DNA of 45,944 bases, the filler included, from Sphacelaria rigidula (taxonomy: Eukaryota), in the NCBI GenBank assembly GCA_964200075.2. It is 2 parts of 2 records of this genome, joined end to end, with 100 filler letters (N's around TTAATTAATTAA, not from the genome) between each part and the next. Parts side by side here need not be neighbours in the genome. Positions count along the whole stretch, not along the records: positions 1 to 22,925 come from CAXNAA020000299.1; positions 23,026 to 45,944 come from CAXNAA020000300.1. One strand, 5' to 3'. The position numbers were made by a program, and so were the translations under genes. The notes beneath the pieces were generated by a model that saw nothing but the letters and a program-made list of their open reading frames with translations, did not search any database and was not told where the DNA came from. Of this stretch, positions 11,996-23,201 are shown piece by piece; position 1 is the first letter of the stretch; every line of letters starts with the position of its first letter.

Positions 11996-12097
11996 CTTCT
12001 GCGGAGATGAAAGGGTTCGGGTACGCCACAAGGCGGATACCAAAACTGTAACCCCTCAGCGGGCGAATGCACCAAAATTTACGACCTCTCCCGTGGC

Positions 12098-12209
12098 CTA
12101 GTTTTCCTTGGGGCCGGATACAATCAGAGGCCCAACGTTGTCTCCTGTGGCCTTGTTGTGCTCCACGTGAGCTCCGTTGCACAGGGGGAAGGTACCGGAC
12201 TTCCAACAC
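12098..12209 (-). CDS. NEET: NEET exon 3 (terminal)
   Basis: ATGCAG|GTGTTGG; encodes [36 protein letters not shown] then TAG. Confidence 0.94.
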
Positions 12210-15200
12210 CTGCATTGTTGCAACACGAAATGATAGTAAAGCACCCGCGTTTCGTTCGAGATGTTCCGACCGCCCGAGGAGATGCACCCCCATCAGCGTG
12301 TGTCAATTCATACGACGCTGGCGGATGGGGTTGGGGTTTATACACGTGAATCCTCCCTGCAACGAAGATGCCCTCGAATAAAACGTGGACAAGTGGCTTC
12401 TAAAGAGACGATAGCCACGACGGGCTTTCCTCTGCGATTGCTCGACAAAAGATTTGAACGGTACGGGAAAAATAGCGAAATAGCGCTGTCGTGGCAAATG
12501 AAAGTGAAGCGTATTGGGAAAAAAAACGCTACGCAAGCGTGCCGGTGGTGTACAAGCGAAGATATGAATATATTTGAATCGTGCACCAAGTTTCATCCCG
12601 ACATTAGGTTTGCCCCACAGCTTGATGGGTCGTGGCGAACTACCGGCGGTACGTCTGTGGTGGAGCGCCTTTTGCGGTGAGCAAAGGCTGTTGTCGGCGG
12701 CCCTCCACTGTGGCGATTTCCCCGCCACCTGCACCGTACAAGCCGGGTGTCGAATTCATGGGATCTGGCACCTCAGAGTATTAATCCCCCCTTCCTCCTC
12801 TTCCCGCCAGGCCATGGCGATCTAGACCCTATTTCTCCCACTCATTCTCCTACGAACCCCTGATCCTATAAGGCGGGGAAGGGGGGGGGGGGGCACCACA
12901 TCGTTCATCTCCTGGAAGGTCTTTGAAAAGCAAAGCACGCCGGCTTCCAAAACGTTCGAAAGGAGAGGGCCATATATTTGATATCCAACCGGCGAGAGGT
13001 TGCGCTTGTGCTAGTGGAATCACGGCCTTCTTTCGAATTGATCGCATTTTGATCTATTGGCGCCAGCTCTTGGCTAGTCGAGTATGTACTTGGTTTGCAG
13101 CTGACCGAAACGAGCTCAGGTCAAGTTCAAGATGTCACCATACGCGACATATCCAGCGTGCTACGTGCTGCGACCCGAAAAGTAGTGATCATGATCTCAG
13201 GGGATCACTGCGGCGGAGTTGTAGCCCGTGCTTACCTGCAGTACACCTTTTTCGCGCCAGATTCAACGGTCTCCATGGTCACTACCTGCGGCACCAGAGA
13301 GTCATCATGTCAGCACACGTGAGGAGGGCGGAGAATAGTCTGGTGAGTAATCTACATCACATGAGAGTTCTGGTGGCACACAGTACTTCACCTCCTCACA
13401 CGCACTACGAAACATCGAGATTTTCGAATTGGATCGTCGCTTTTCGGCCCATGCCTTCGCGCATCGAACCCTATCACGCGATGGATACAAAAGACTTGCG
13501 GAGAGCGTTCAAAGTTGTTGCCTGGATAGGGGGTGGTGCTTTGGATAAGATGTCGGGCACAATGCCTCGGTGGGCGACGCGAACGGCAGGGAGTTGTCGC
13601 AGTTGCCGGGTTTACCATCCCTTGCAGCCAACCCTCATAGTAGTGCTTGAAGCGACTGCAACGATCGCGCAGTTGAAGGCACATCATAGTTCAAGGGTTT
13701 TATGGGGGGAAACCATAGCAAAAGCGCTGATGTCACTTCATTTGTGGCCAACGGGATGATATAATGTTAGCTTCAGGTGTATGATAAACGCAGCCTGCGT
13801 CAATTCCTCACATGTTTTTCGAGTACACGTACAAACTGTCAGCAGCGACATTCATTCACTGCAACTTGCTGAGAACCTAACGCACCACAACACGAAAAAT
13901 ATCTACATGTTCCCTGGGTATATTGCGATATCTGCCACAAACGCTTTGACACCATTCCATGCTGTTGGAAAAACGGAAAGTCGTGACCAAAGCTCGGAAT
14001 CTTGGCGAGCTCTTGGGCTTGTCCACCCTTTTCCCATTTATTCATACCGACTGCCTGTGGTACAGACCATCTGCAGCGACGATTCCTGCCAGCAATTTAC
14101 TACGCATAACATGATGCATCGATGTACCAACGGAATCACATGCTGCATGTCATTGCGGGAGATGCACGCCAACCTTGAACCCAAGCCTTTACCGCCCCTG
14201 ACGTCGAGTTTGTGCGGGAAACGGATCTTCGGAGAGAGACGCCATGTTCGGTTTAAATTTTTCAGGCCTTGTTGTCCAAGCCCTGGACGGCGACCTCTTC
14301 CTTCAACCCAGTACCCTGCAGTACTTCTGGAATACCTTGCCCATCCCCGGCGACCACACATGCAGTGGGTATACGGGTTCAAGAGAGAATGTTGACAAGC
14401 CGAAACCCCTTCCTTTAACATCCATCCTCTCTCACTCGATTTACGGAAGGTTTTAACTTTGTTAGACGAATACACGATAAATCCATCGTGAACCCTTTTA
14501 ATTTCCGTCCTGAGAGACTATGAATGGTGTCGGACGAACGCAATCGTGGGCATGGTCGTACTTTCAGCTGGAACAAACCCTCTGAGCATCATGCTAGAAA
14601 GGAATATTCGAACCACAACATGTCGTGACCCTCTGCTCAATTTGGCTCGATTGGAAACGTGGGTGGTATTTATTGTGCGGCACTGAACAGTAAAGTAACC
14701 GCAAGACGAACCTTGCATTAACCCTTTTGGGACCGACCCCCCACTAACACAGGGTTGACCCTGTGTTAGTGAAATAATGAAAACCAAGTCTTCGAGCGAC
14801 CTGCCCAATCACGGCGAGGCGAAAAGTATCGACCAGACCCGAACGACCAGCGCTGGGGTTGTTGGCGAGTATGATGCGACTGTAAATATCGTGTGGGGAC
14901 CCTATCCATCGCCCAGATAAGCCTTCGCTGGTTTCCAAGCGCAGGGCGGTCGGAGCTTGGTTATATGAGATGACTTGCACTCAGTATACCGTTCCCGAGT
15001 TTTCCGGTGTTTTTTTTTGTCTCAATTCCCTACTAAAACGTAATAATTTGCACCAACACAGGGTCGACCGGAAAAGCCGGGGAGGAGTGTAAATGCTACC
15101 ATGTGGTCATTTTCACCACGCCCTAAAACCAGGTGGGCTGTGGAAAGACAAAAGGATCTACTGTCATGAGTTCTGCTTATCCCTCTGGCGATGACTTGCA

Positions 15201-18200
15201 GGGTGCAGTTAACATGTAGTGGGTGGGGATGAAGAAGCGGTATGTAGGCAGTTGATCTCGGTAGCTGAGAATTGCCCAGAACGTGCAAGGGAGTATGCAA
15301 CGGCAGCTGCTGCTTCAGTCAGAGAGGCGTACTACACTGTACTGCACTGTACTATACTATTGCATGCATGCGTGCCGCAACACTGATACCGTTTGAAGAG
15401 AATTTGCCGCATGAAACAAAGGGGGAAATAGCGGCCCACCCCGACCACAAAGGGCTGTGTGGCAAGGTGATGGGGACAATAGTATTATCCAAAGCCACAA
15501 GTGGCGGCGGCCCGCCGGTCGCTGCATCCTGTTGGAAGCTCTCTACCGCGACCGATACTGCTTGCTACATCAGATGTACACCATTGCACCTGTGCACCTG
15601 AAAATAGACTAGATGAAGCTTTCGGTCTTCGTCATACCCTGCGCTTACATACGCGGATTTTGAGCAACACGCCACTGTTCCGTGAAAACGCCAGACACAT
15701 CATTCCTGACCAGCCTCATTGATCGTTCTGGAGGTTCGGTCCCAAAAGGGTTAATAGCTCCTGGGGCGTGAATTTGCTAAATATCGAGTAAAGCCTAACA
15801 AGCCTCAACGGCAGTGAAGCTGTGCATCTTAATAAACTACCACCGGAACCAAACTCCCCGGTACGCGAACGCTTGTCGAAAACAGCTTTTTCGAACCGCA
15901 GGCACCTATTGTTACACCTGCTGTCGTACAAATCAACACGGTTCGTCTATCGGGCGATCCCTTTGCCCAGTCGCCATTCAATGAAACTCCACCTCACATA
16001 CCTGCTCGATTCAAGGGAGGTTTAGCCTGCGTAGTCGAACGCCTCTCTCGATTCTGGGAAATTCGTCACACCGCAATTCAATGTCTCTCTGAAATAGAAC
16101 CCTCTCCAGCACGTACATCCACTGTACGCTGTACATACCTTTACTGTGGAGCATCGCGTGCGTGCAATGCGGAGCTCACTTCTTGGAATGTACTCCGTAG
16201 CCCCTCGTCACAGACCGAATGACTCACATGGCGTACTGAGAGTGGTCTTGTGAGGAGTACTGAAGAAAGTGATCACAAGGTAATGAGTATTCCGCTTTGA
16301 ACATTCCACAATACCTTTACTCGGATCCTCCCCCACCTTGACGGTCTTTAATACTGGAAAACTGTGATGGCCGTTTCACGTACTACAGATTTAGTTCGAG
16401 TTTCGCCGATTTACTGCTGATCACATCTACCTCGCACACTTCGGGACTACCCAAGCTGGCGCCACCATAGTTACGGGAGCTCTGCGACGCTCTATTGAAA
16501 AAAAACACTTTTGTGATGATTTTGGATATGTGTGCAAATTTTCAAGTCAAAACTCGAAATCAATCCCGGGAAACGTTCCATGTAATCGGCCCTATACGGT
16601 ATTTCTTGGTGGAAACCTCTTGAAGTGCTCCAATACGATCGCACGATCATTGTGTGCAAGAGCAGCGCAAGCGGAACCGGTAGCCGCATGAGAATCCGCC
16701 TGAAAAACTGCTTTTGGTCCCCAGCAGCCCCAATTCATTGCACGGATCACCGCTGAAATCACACGCAAATAGCTCTTCCCGATCGGGTGTACTTATGTGT
16801 GCATCAGCTTGCCAATGCTTTTGCTCGGCGCGCGTTTCGGCTCCAACTCAGTACGGCTCCAGCCACGGATGGAAAATGGCAGTCACACCAAGGGTGGGCA
16901 GAAACTAACGTCGCGGACCCTGGCACCCAACTTTGTTTGTTCTCGGCGCTCTAGGGGGTATACTGAGTCCTATACAACGCTAGTTCAACACGAATTTCTA
17001 TTTATAACGAGTTACTTGATCGTCTAGAGTATGGAGGAAAGTTACTTGAACTGAGTCTCGACGAACCAAACCACTTGATTTCAAAATAGCTGAGGCAAGT
17101 AAGTTACTTGAATTGAATACAACAGGTGAACCAAGTCGGTTGATCTTAGACTAACAGAGGCAAGTTACTTGAAGTGAGTATAGATGAACTACGTCACCTC
17201 ATGTTGTTAAGGTTTTCGAATTCTCGTCATGTGTACTCTTCGGAGTCAGTCAGTCGAGGGAGTTGAGGTCCAGAGTTCACAAAATACAATAGAGACAAGA
17301 GGAGATTGTTTGGTATTTTCATATTACTTTTGCTTGGAATAGCTCGAAGTGACTTGATGGACCCGATGACATGAATTTGAACATAAATTGTAGTTGAACA
17401 TAAATTCTGCCTTCGAGATCGAATCTATTGCACACGTCGTACAGATCAGCTGCCTGTAGCTCGAGCTACTTACGGCTCTTTCTTGGCGTAGCTGCCAACA
17501 GTGCTGACCTTTGAGAGCTACCTGAGCCCGAATGTTTGCCCTGGGTGAGCTATGAGAGCTACATGAGCTGCGTATGTTCGTCCTAGGTGAGTCACCAACC
17601 CGTAGCTCATTAACGAAGACTCGCCCTGGGTGAGCTATGAGAGCTGCACAAACTATGCATGTTTGTCTTAGATGAGTTATGAGGGCTACATGAGCTATGC
17701 ATTTTTACCCTATAATGGGTAAGCTAGGAGAGCTACATGAGCCACTAATGCTGGCCCTGGATCAGCTACCGGATGTAGGCACCAGTCACGAAGTGGCGAT
17801 GTTTGACCTCGCAGACAGGCGACCTCCCTGCCGCCGCCATGGTATCAGCATTCGCTTCGAGTTGGATTGAATTAATATGCTCGGTGCGCATGAGGCGTTC
17901 ATTGCCTTGGGTACAGCTCCTCACTACTGCCAATCTCGTGTGTATGATCAGTCGGAAAAAAGACGGAATATATTCGTTGTCTACTGCGACGCGCGGACAA
18001 GCGAGAATCAGACCGCCGTCAAAAGCGAGAGGCCGCTGCGTCGGGGGCTGCCAATTGAAGAATCCTGTCTGCCCATATCGGTTGTTGATCATGTCCCTAG
18101 TCGGTGGCTCTGCGGTGCCCATTCGTGTGTGTCTGTATCTACTCTGCTGCCCTGAATCCCTTGGACCTTTTCCTTTTTTTTTAATCGTCTTCTTGTACTT

Positions 18201-21200
18201 TAGTTTATTTGCTCGGTACTTTTCTCTTCTTTTCCTTTTCTTTTGTTTCAGGTCAACGATTTCTTTCTGTGCTTTGCTTGTGTTGACTTTTTTTTGTTAC
18301 GACTTAGTCTGCCATGTCGTTCTGTTCGAGATTTTTTTTTCCTGTTCCTTCTTTTCTTCAGAGCGTGTATCAGTTTCGTTTTTCTTGGGTACGTCCATCA
18401 TGAGACCCCGGCTGGACCCCTGGGGTCAGCTAAAGTGCGACAATCAATCAATCAATCAATCAATCAATCTACTCGTACCGCGCAGCAGCAATGCTGCACC
18501 GCTGTTCCGTTAAAGTGCATTGCATCTTCCACCATGATTGTGGGTGGCATGGTGGTGCAAAATCGTTGCCATGCGGCTGGTTTCCTCTTTGTTGAGAAGT
18601 ATTGTGGTGCTGTATGTACCGCTGTACCAAACGGTGCCATACCGTACCGCAACGTCCTGTACCGTGGCGTTCTGCGCTGCACTATGCTGTACTGTATTGT
18701 ATTGTACTGTATACTGTACTGCACCCCACTTGCAGAAGCGGTTGTTAAGGTTTTCCTTCAGGCATGCCTTAGAGGTTACGGCCTAAGGTGCCTTATGCAA
18801 ACAAACAAAAAAAGACCCCGAAACAAAGTGCGACCCCAAAGAAAAATTCTGACCTGATACGTCCACGTCATTCAAAGTCTTGGCGCGAGACCGGAAGGCA
18901 AGAAATGGAAAAGTGCCACACGTCGGACATATCAGCTCCTTGTAGCTCGAGTTATCATAGCTCTTTTTTTATGTAGCTCCCTATTTAGCTATGAGAGCTA
19001 TAAGAGTTACGCGTGTTGGCCTTGGGTGAGCTGCCAAGTCGTAGCTCATCCGCGCATGTTCGCCCTGGGTGAGCTACCAAGCCGTAGCTCATCAGTGCAT
19101 GTTAACCCTGGGTGAGCCATCGGGCGTAGCCCATGTGTACGTGATTGAATACAAGTGAGCTACAGCCATCAGATGAGAGCTCACGAGCTGTCCGACGAGT
19201 GATGTATTACAGCTATGACTGTTTTGATCAGCTACAGAGTATCAATCATTTTTTGGCCTGGTTCTCGCTGCATTCATGCGAGCAAATAATTTTACCGTAC
19301 TACACCGTACTGTCGTAGATGTCGTAATGCATTGCATGGCATCATCGAACGGCTGCTGTTCGCTGCATCTCGTCACGAAACAGCACCAACACAAGCTGTC
19401 ATCGTCAAATTCGTCCACGAGCGAAAGGAATTTTGAAGAGAAAAAAAGCGATCAAACACATTTTTTTCGGCTCGCCAGGGGCTGGGGGGCCGGGGCGGGG
19501 GTTGAGGATTCACCCTTAGACAGCGAAAGCAGGTCATCTATTGAATCAGCATCATTTCCACTTGACAAAAGCTACCTATCATCCAGATGGGCCGCCTTCG
19601 TGGTCTAAGGGTTAACCCTTAGACAGCGACCGCCTCGCAGGTGGACTGAAATAGACTACGCCGCATTTGGGTTTCAAACAGTCTTTTGTCGCTGCACAAA
19701 ATGCCTCATTTCATGGTCATGTGGATGCTGGGTATCTATACAAAAAACAGTTCCGAATATCCCCTGTTTTGACTATGCAGTCTCTCTAGTGCGCAGAGTC
19801 AGTATCTGTGCGGTATGTCTTCTCTGGATACAACGGCAAGAAACAGTCAGCGTGCCATCGCTCTCCACGGAACATAATTTATTGTATGCTGCTAATGCCT
19901 CTGCTTAGTGCTCCGCAACAGAACTGCAGACAGTGTGAAGCTATGCTGGCAACACATCAGGCGTCAGACAGGCGGCACATATCACGAGCAGAGTACGAAA
20001 CACGTTATTTGTGCCCATGCCATTCATGATTGAATTGCCATGACCAAAATGAGAAATACCGCTACCTGTAGACAGCCGAGTAGTCCCACCTGTACAGTAG
20101 AGTAACTACGTGCTCATTTCATTTCGACGGCTGTGATTGGTCAGAGTGGTCATTCCGCGTCTCTCGGGTCTCGTTTTCGGCTTGGAATCTCCGGCTGGAA
20201 ACTTTGAGACACACATGGTTGACTTGGTGAGTTTCCTCGTTACTTCACGGACAAAACGCCTCCCCCTGGCAACTGGAAACCCCGGGATGTCTCCGGACTG
20301 TTAGCCTGTAAAACTGTTCCGAGGCGACGCTCAATGTCTAAGGGTTACCGTCCGGGCAACTCCGGGGCGAGTTTTTCGTCAAGCATTCGTCACGTTTTTA
20401 TAACCGATACATGAGCTTTTTAGCTTTTCGCGATGGCCATTCCAATAGTATCGAGGGTTGTGGCCGGTAGAATCGAAACAACTATATTGCATGGTACAGT
20501 TGCAAGTATTGTCCACCGATGGGTAGGTGCGGGTGTTCGCGTGTGTCGAGCTCGTTGGCTCCATCGTGTCTCCCTCTCTCCGGAGGTAGAGGGGAACTGC
20601 TGTGGCGTAAAAAACAGATGGAAAACATGATCTCACATCCATGGCAACTCCTCGCTACGAAGGAGTAAGATTGCAGTACCACAACAGTACAGACAGAATA
20701 GTAGCGTACAGTACGGCGCTCCATCACAGTACGGTGCGGTGCTGCTGCACGGTACGGTGCCATCTACTCTGCCTGCTGGTCGTAGCCGGGGGGTTCAAAC
20801 ATGACCATGACATGAGCTCACGATGAACATGGAACTGGCACAAATCACGATACGATGTGCACCAAGCTCTGCACGACGACACCTTGGTTCCCAGTCGGTA
20901 GACGATGGGTCCTATGATACTGTTGTCTGTTATTACACAAGACGTAGATAAGCTCCATCTGCAATCGCCACAATGAGGCGCCCAAAACATGCAGCAACCT
21001 GAGGTAAGGTATCATACTGATGTGCGATGGGTGAACGCAACGATAGGTGTACAAGAATGTCGCCAGTGGTCTGGAAGGAACTAAGAGCTACCACACTGCA
21101 CCAGCATCAATGTGCACACGTGATCCGTCTGTGCTGTCATGTAGATACACTTCATACAACAGTGCCGACTGGCTGCATTCAAGTCCAGCTCGCACACTGC

Positions 21201-21577
21201 AAACAGCTGAAATCAGTACGACTGTAGCACGACCACGATAACAACGACATGACGATCTGGCTTTCCCTGCACCTACGTTGCCTGTCCGCTATCTACTCAG
21301 ACGACATACCTACGAGCTAAACACTGGCGCGGCTGGCTTTTGTTCATGCCGTGAGTTGGACCGTTTGTAGCGTACGCACTATGGTGTATCATGTTGTCAT
21401 CCGTGTTTCAGGACGCACCTTTGCTGACTCCTGGTCCACCATTGTGTTGATACGCTCCGCTGCACGGGTCGTGCTGGTGGCACGAGCTGCCGATTTAGAC
21501 AGAGGTACCGTCGCCACAAAGCCGTGGGCACATCCCACCATGGCGAGCACGGCAATGGCAGAGCATGTAGTCTTCAT
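12098..21577 (-). CDS. NEET: CDGSH iron-sulfur domain (NEET-family [2Fe-2S]) protein, probably plastid-targeted; join 21577-21419, 13285-13236, 12209-12098; 106 aa
   Basis: Spliced product: [106 protein letters not shown]. It has the CxC-x2-S-x3-PxC-xGxH ligand pattern and the HN...GDNVGPL motif of NEET proteins. Both introns are GT-AG and in phase. Confidence 0.92.
13236..13285 (-). CDS. NEET: NEET exon 2 (50 nt)
   Basis: CCGCAG|GTAGTGACC...TACTGCAG|GTAAGC; encodes [16 protein letters not shown](R). Confidence 0.92.
14722..15750 (+). mobile_element. Complete non-autonomous piggyBac-like element, family 1 (1029 bp), in NEET intron 1
   Basis: TTAA on both sides (14718-14721, 15751-15754). 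Perfect 15-bp TIR CCCTTTTGGGACCGA. Subterminal hairpin ACTAACACAGGG-TTGA-CCCTGTGTTAGT. No transposase ORF. Confidence 0.88.
17446..17769 (+). repeat. AGCT-rich dispersed repeat, copy 1
   Basis: Starts ATCAGCTGCCTGTAGCTCGAG and ends GATCAGCTAC, with internal CCCTGGGTGAGCTA subrepeats; related to 18931-19235. Confidence 0.65.
18145..18466 (+). mobile_element. 5'-truncated LINE-like 3' end with (CAAT)n tail
   Basis: Ends AAAGTGCGA followed by CAAT repeats. Candidate TSD ATCTACTC at 18137-18144 and 18467-18474. The body matches 32498-32831 (minus). Confidence 0.78.
18931..19235 (+). repeat. AGCT-rich dispersed repeat, copy 2
   Basis: Starts ATCAGCTCCTTGTAGCTCGAG and ends GATCAGCTAC, with CCCTGGGTGAGC subrepeats. 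Confidence 0.65.
19513..19611. mobile_element. 99-bp miniature piggyBac-like element, family 2
   Basis: TIR CCCTTAGACAGCGAA / CCCTTAGACCACGAA (13/15). Flanked by TTCA and TTAA. Confidence 0.65.
19616..20344. mobile_element. Non-autonomous piggyBac-like element, family 2 (729 bp)
   Basis: TTAA|CCCTTAGACA...TGTCTAAGGG|TTAC. Its last ~68 bp are the reverse complement of 38263-38330. Confidence 0.72.
21419..21577 (-). CDS. NEET: NEET exon 1 (signal/transit peptide + RIN motif)
   Basis: ATG at 21577; signal-like segment ending AHG|F; donor AAG|GTGCGT; 53 codons, phase 0. Confidence 0.85.
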
Positions 21578-22162
21578 GACGTTGTAGCGCTGAAAGTATG
21601 TGAGAGTACTCGCTAGGTGAAGGGTATGTACAGTATGTCATACCGTTTGGTGAAGGTGCTCGTAGTGCATGACTCTGAGTTAGAGAATTTGGGGGGAATT
21701 ACAAAGATTTCACACGCCGCACAGATCATGATCAGTCTGAAGATTATTTCCTCTCAGTATACTGGTCCGGATTACGATCCGGATATTAATTGGCGCCCTT
21801 TTTCCATGTTTGCTCCCTACAGCGCCAGACGCCGAGCACGCTGAGTAGCGCAAAGGTTACGCTTTGGCTTTTCTGACTCCGTAGTCACATACATCGTGTT
21901 TTTTTAACCAACGGATCTGAAGGTCATCTTTGATAAGTTATTTGGTACAGTAGATCATGATCTGTCCGACAGGTGAAATATTTCAAGGACAGGTCGAGTA
22001 GAGTATGTACTTTAGAATACTCAGGTAAACTACCCGAGTAATTACTCTCCTCAAATTTTGGGTAGATTGGGTACGGCCTCAACACTAGACTCAAATTTTG
22101 AGTAGATCGGGTAAGGCCTCAAATACTCATTTTTTGGGTAAGTACTCTAAGTAAAACTTGAG

Positions 22163-22467
22163 TTTTTTTTTTGTCGCACTTTGAACCCCTCCCCTTCCTC
22201 GGGACGAGTCCGTGGTCTCAGGGGATCATCCCATCTCTCCCCCGGTACACGCCTTGCATTTTGGCCTCGCAGATTGGGTCAGCACTCCCGCACCGCGTCA
22301 ACTCACGTCAAACAAACTCAGCCGACTACTTTGCTTATCCACGTTCTCACGCTTTCCACGGTGGAAATCAGATAATATTACGACGAAAAAACCCAGCGCA
22401 TCGGGACTCGAACCCTCGTTCTCTCAACCCTAATGGCGACAGCCGGATCATTACACCACTGGGGTGC
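22163..22467 (-). mobile_element. tRNA-derived SINE-like element, copy 1
   Basis: A-box-like TGGTGTAATGA, B-box GGTTCGAGTCC (22403-22414), a ~200-nt body, and a 3' end GACTCGTCCCGAG...TTCAAAGTGCGAC followed by A10. Homologous to 31948-32240. Confidence 0.78.
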
Positions 22468-22925
22468 GGCGGTGCCATTATAGAGTATTACATACTCGGC
22501 AAGGTATCATTGTTAAAATTAGTGACTCTGTACGGGCCACGCATCGAACTCCTTCGTGGCAGATCCAGCGGTGGAAACAGTGTGAAAGACGCGGTCTTCA
22601 ATTGCCCAACACAGCGGTGTCTCCGGGTGGCATGGCTCTAGACTAGGATGGTGTCGGGGGGGTGGGGGAACGGTGAACTACTGTATTTATTTAGACAGGT
22701 AATGTAACCACTGAGCTACAACGACGTCAATTTGCACTTCGCTTCGGTTCTCTGCTTCATCAGCCAGTCATTCATTACCTAGGGGGCTGCGCAAAGCAGA
22801 TTTCTGGGCACGTAGGACCCAACATCGAAATTGAAAATTCGAGTTCTTGAGGGGAGGGGGTGGAGGGGGGGGAGGGGGGGTACTCATTTGTTGCTTGCCT
22901 TCGTCGTTTGACCATTGACCACGCA

Positions 22926-23025
22926 NNNNNNNNNNNNNNNNNNNNNNNNNNNNNNNNNNNNNNNNNNNNTTAATTAATTAANNNNNNNNNNNNNNNNNNN
23001 NNNNNNNNNNNNNNNNNNNNNNNNN
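22926..23025. other. Artificial assembly linker / gap (N44-TTAATTAATTAA-N44)
   Basis: Exactly 100 nt and symmetric; the central 12-mer puts stop codons in all six frames. Confidence 0.97.
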
Positions 23026-23161
23026 GTAAGGTGCGTGGGTGTTGTCGCATACGATCGAAACGCGGACCGTCTACGATCAAGTGCAGCGGCAGCAGCACCA
23101 GCATCATCGGCGCCGGTTGATTCAGACCCACCCCCAGCCACGTACATTTACTGGCAATGAA

Positions 23162-23164
<3 letters not shown>

Positions 23165-23200
<36 letters not shown>
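23165..23200. repeat. (GCT)12 microsatellite
   Basis: Perfect trinucleotide run read directly from the sequence. Confidence 0.95.

Positions 23201-23201
<1 letters not shown>

Noticed and set aside
12923..13759. 278-aa plus-strand ORF
   Set aside because: It is antisense to NEET exon 2 and its introns, has a non-ATG start, and shows no recognisable domain.
17803..18857. Hydrophobic 'membrane protein' ORFs (also 8732-9050)
   Set aside because: The Phe/Leu-rich stretches come from T-rich retroposon tails.
22385..22467. Functional tRNA gene (also ~31950-32030)
   Set aside because: A B-box is present but the cloverleaf spacing and T-stem are broken, and both heads continue into a shared SINE-like body.
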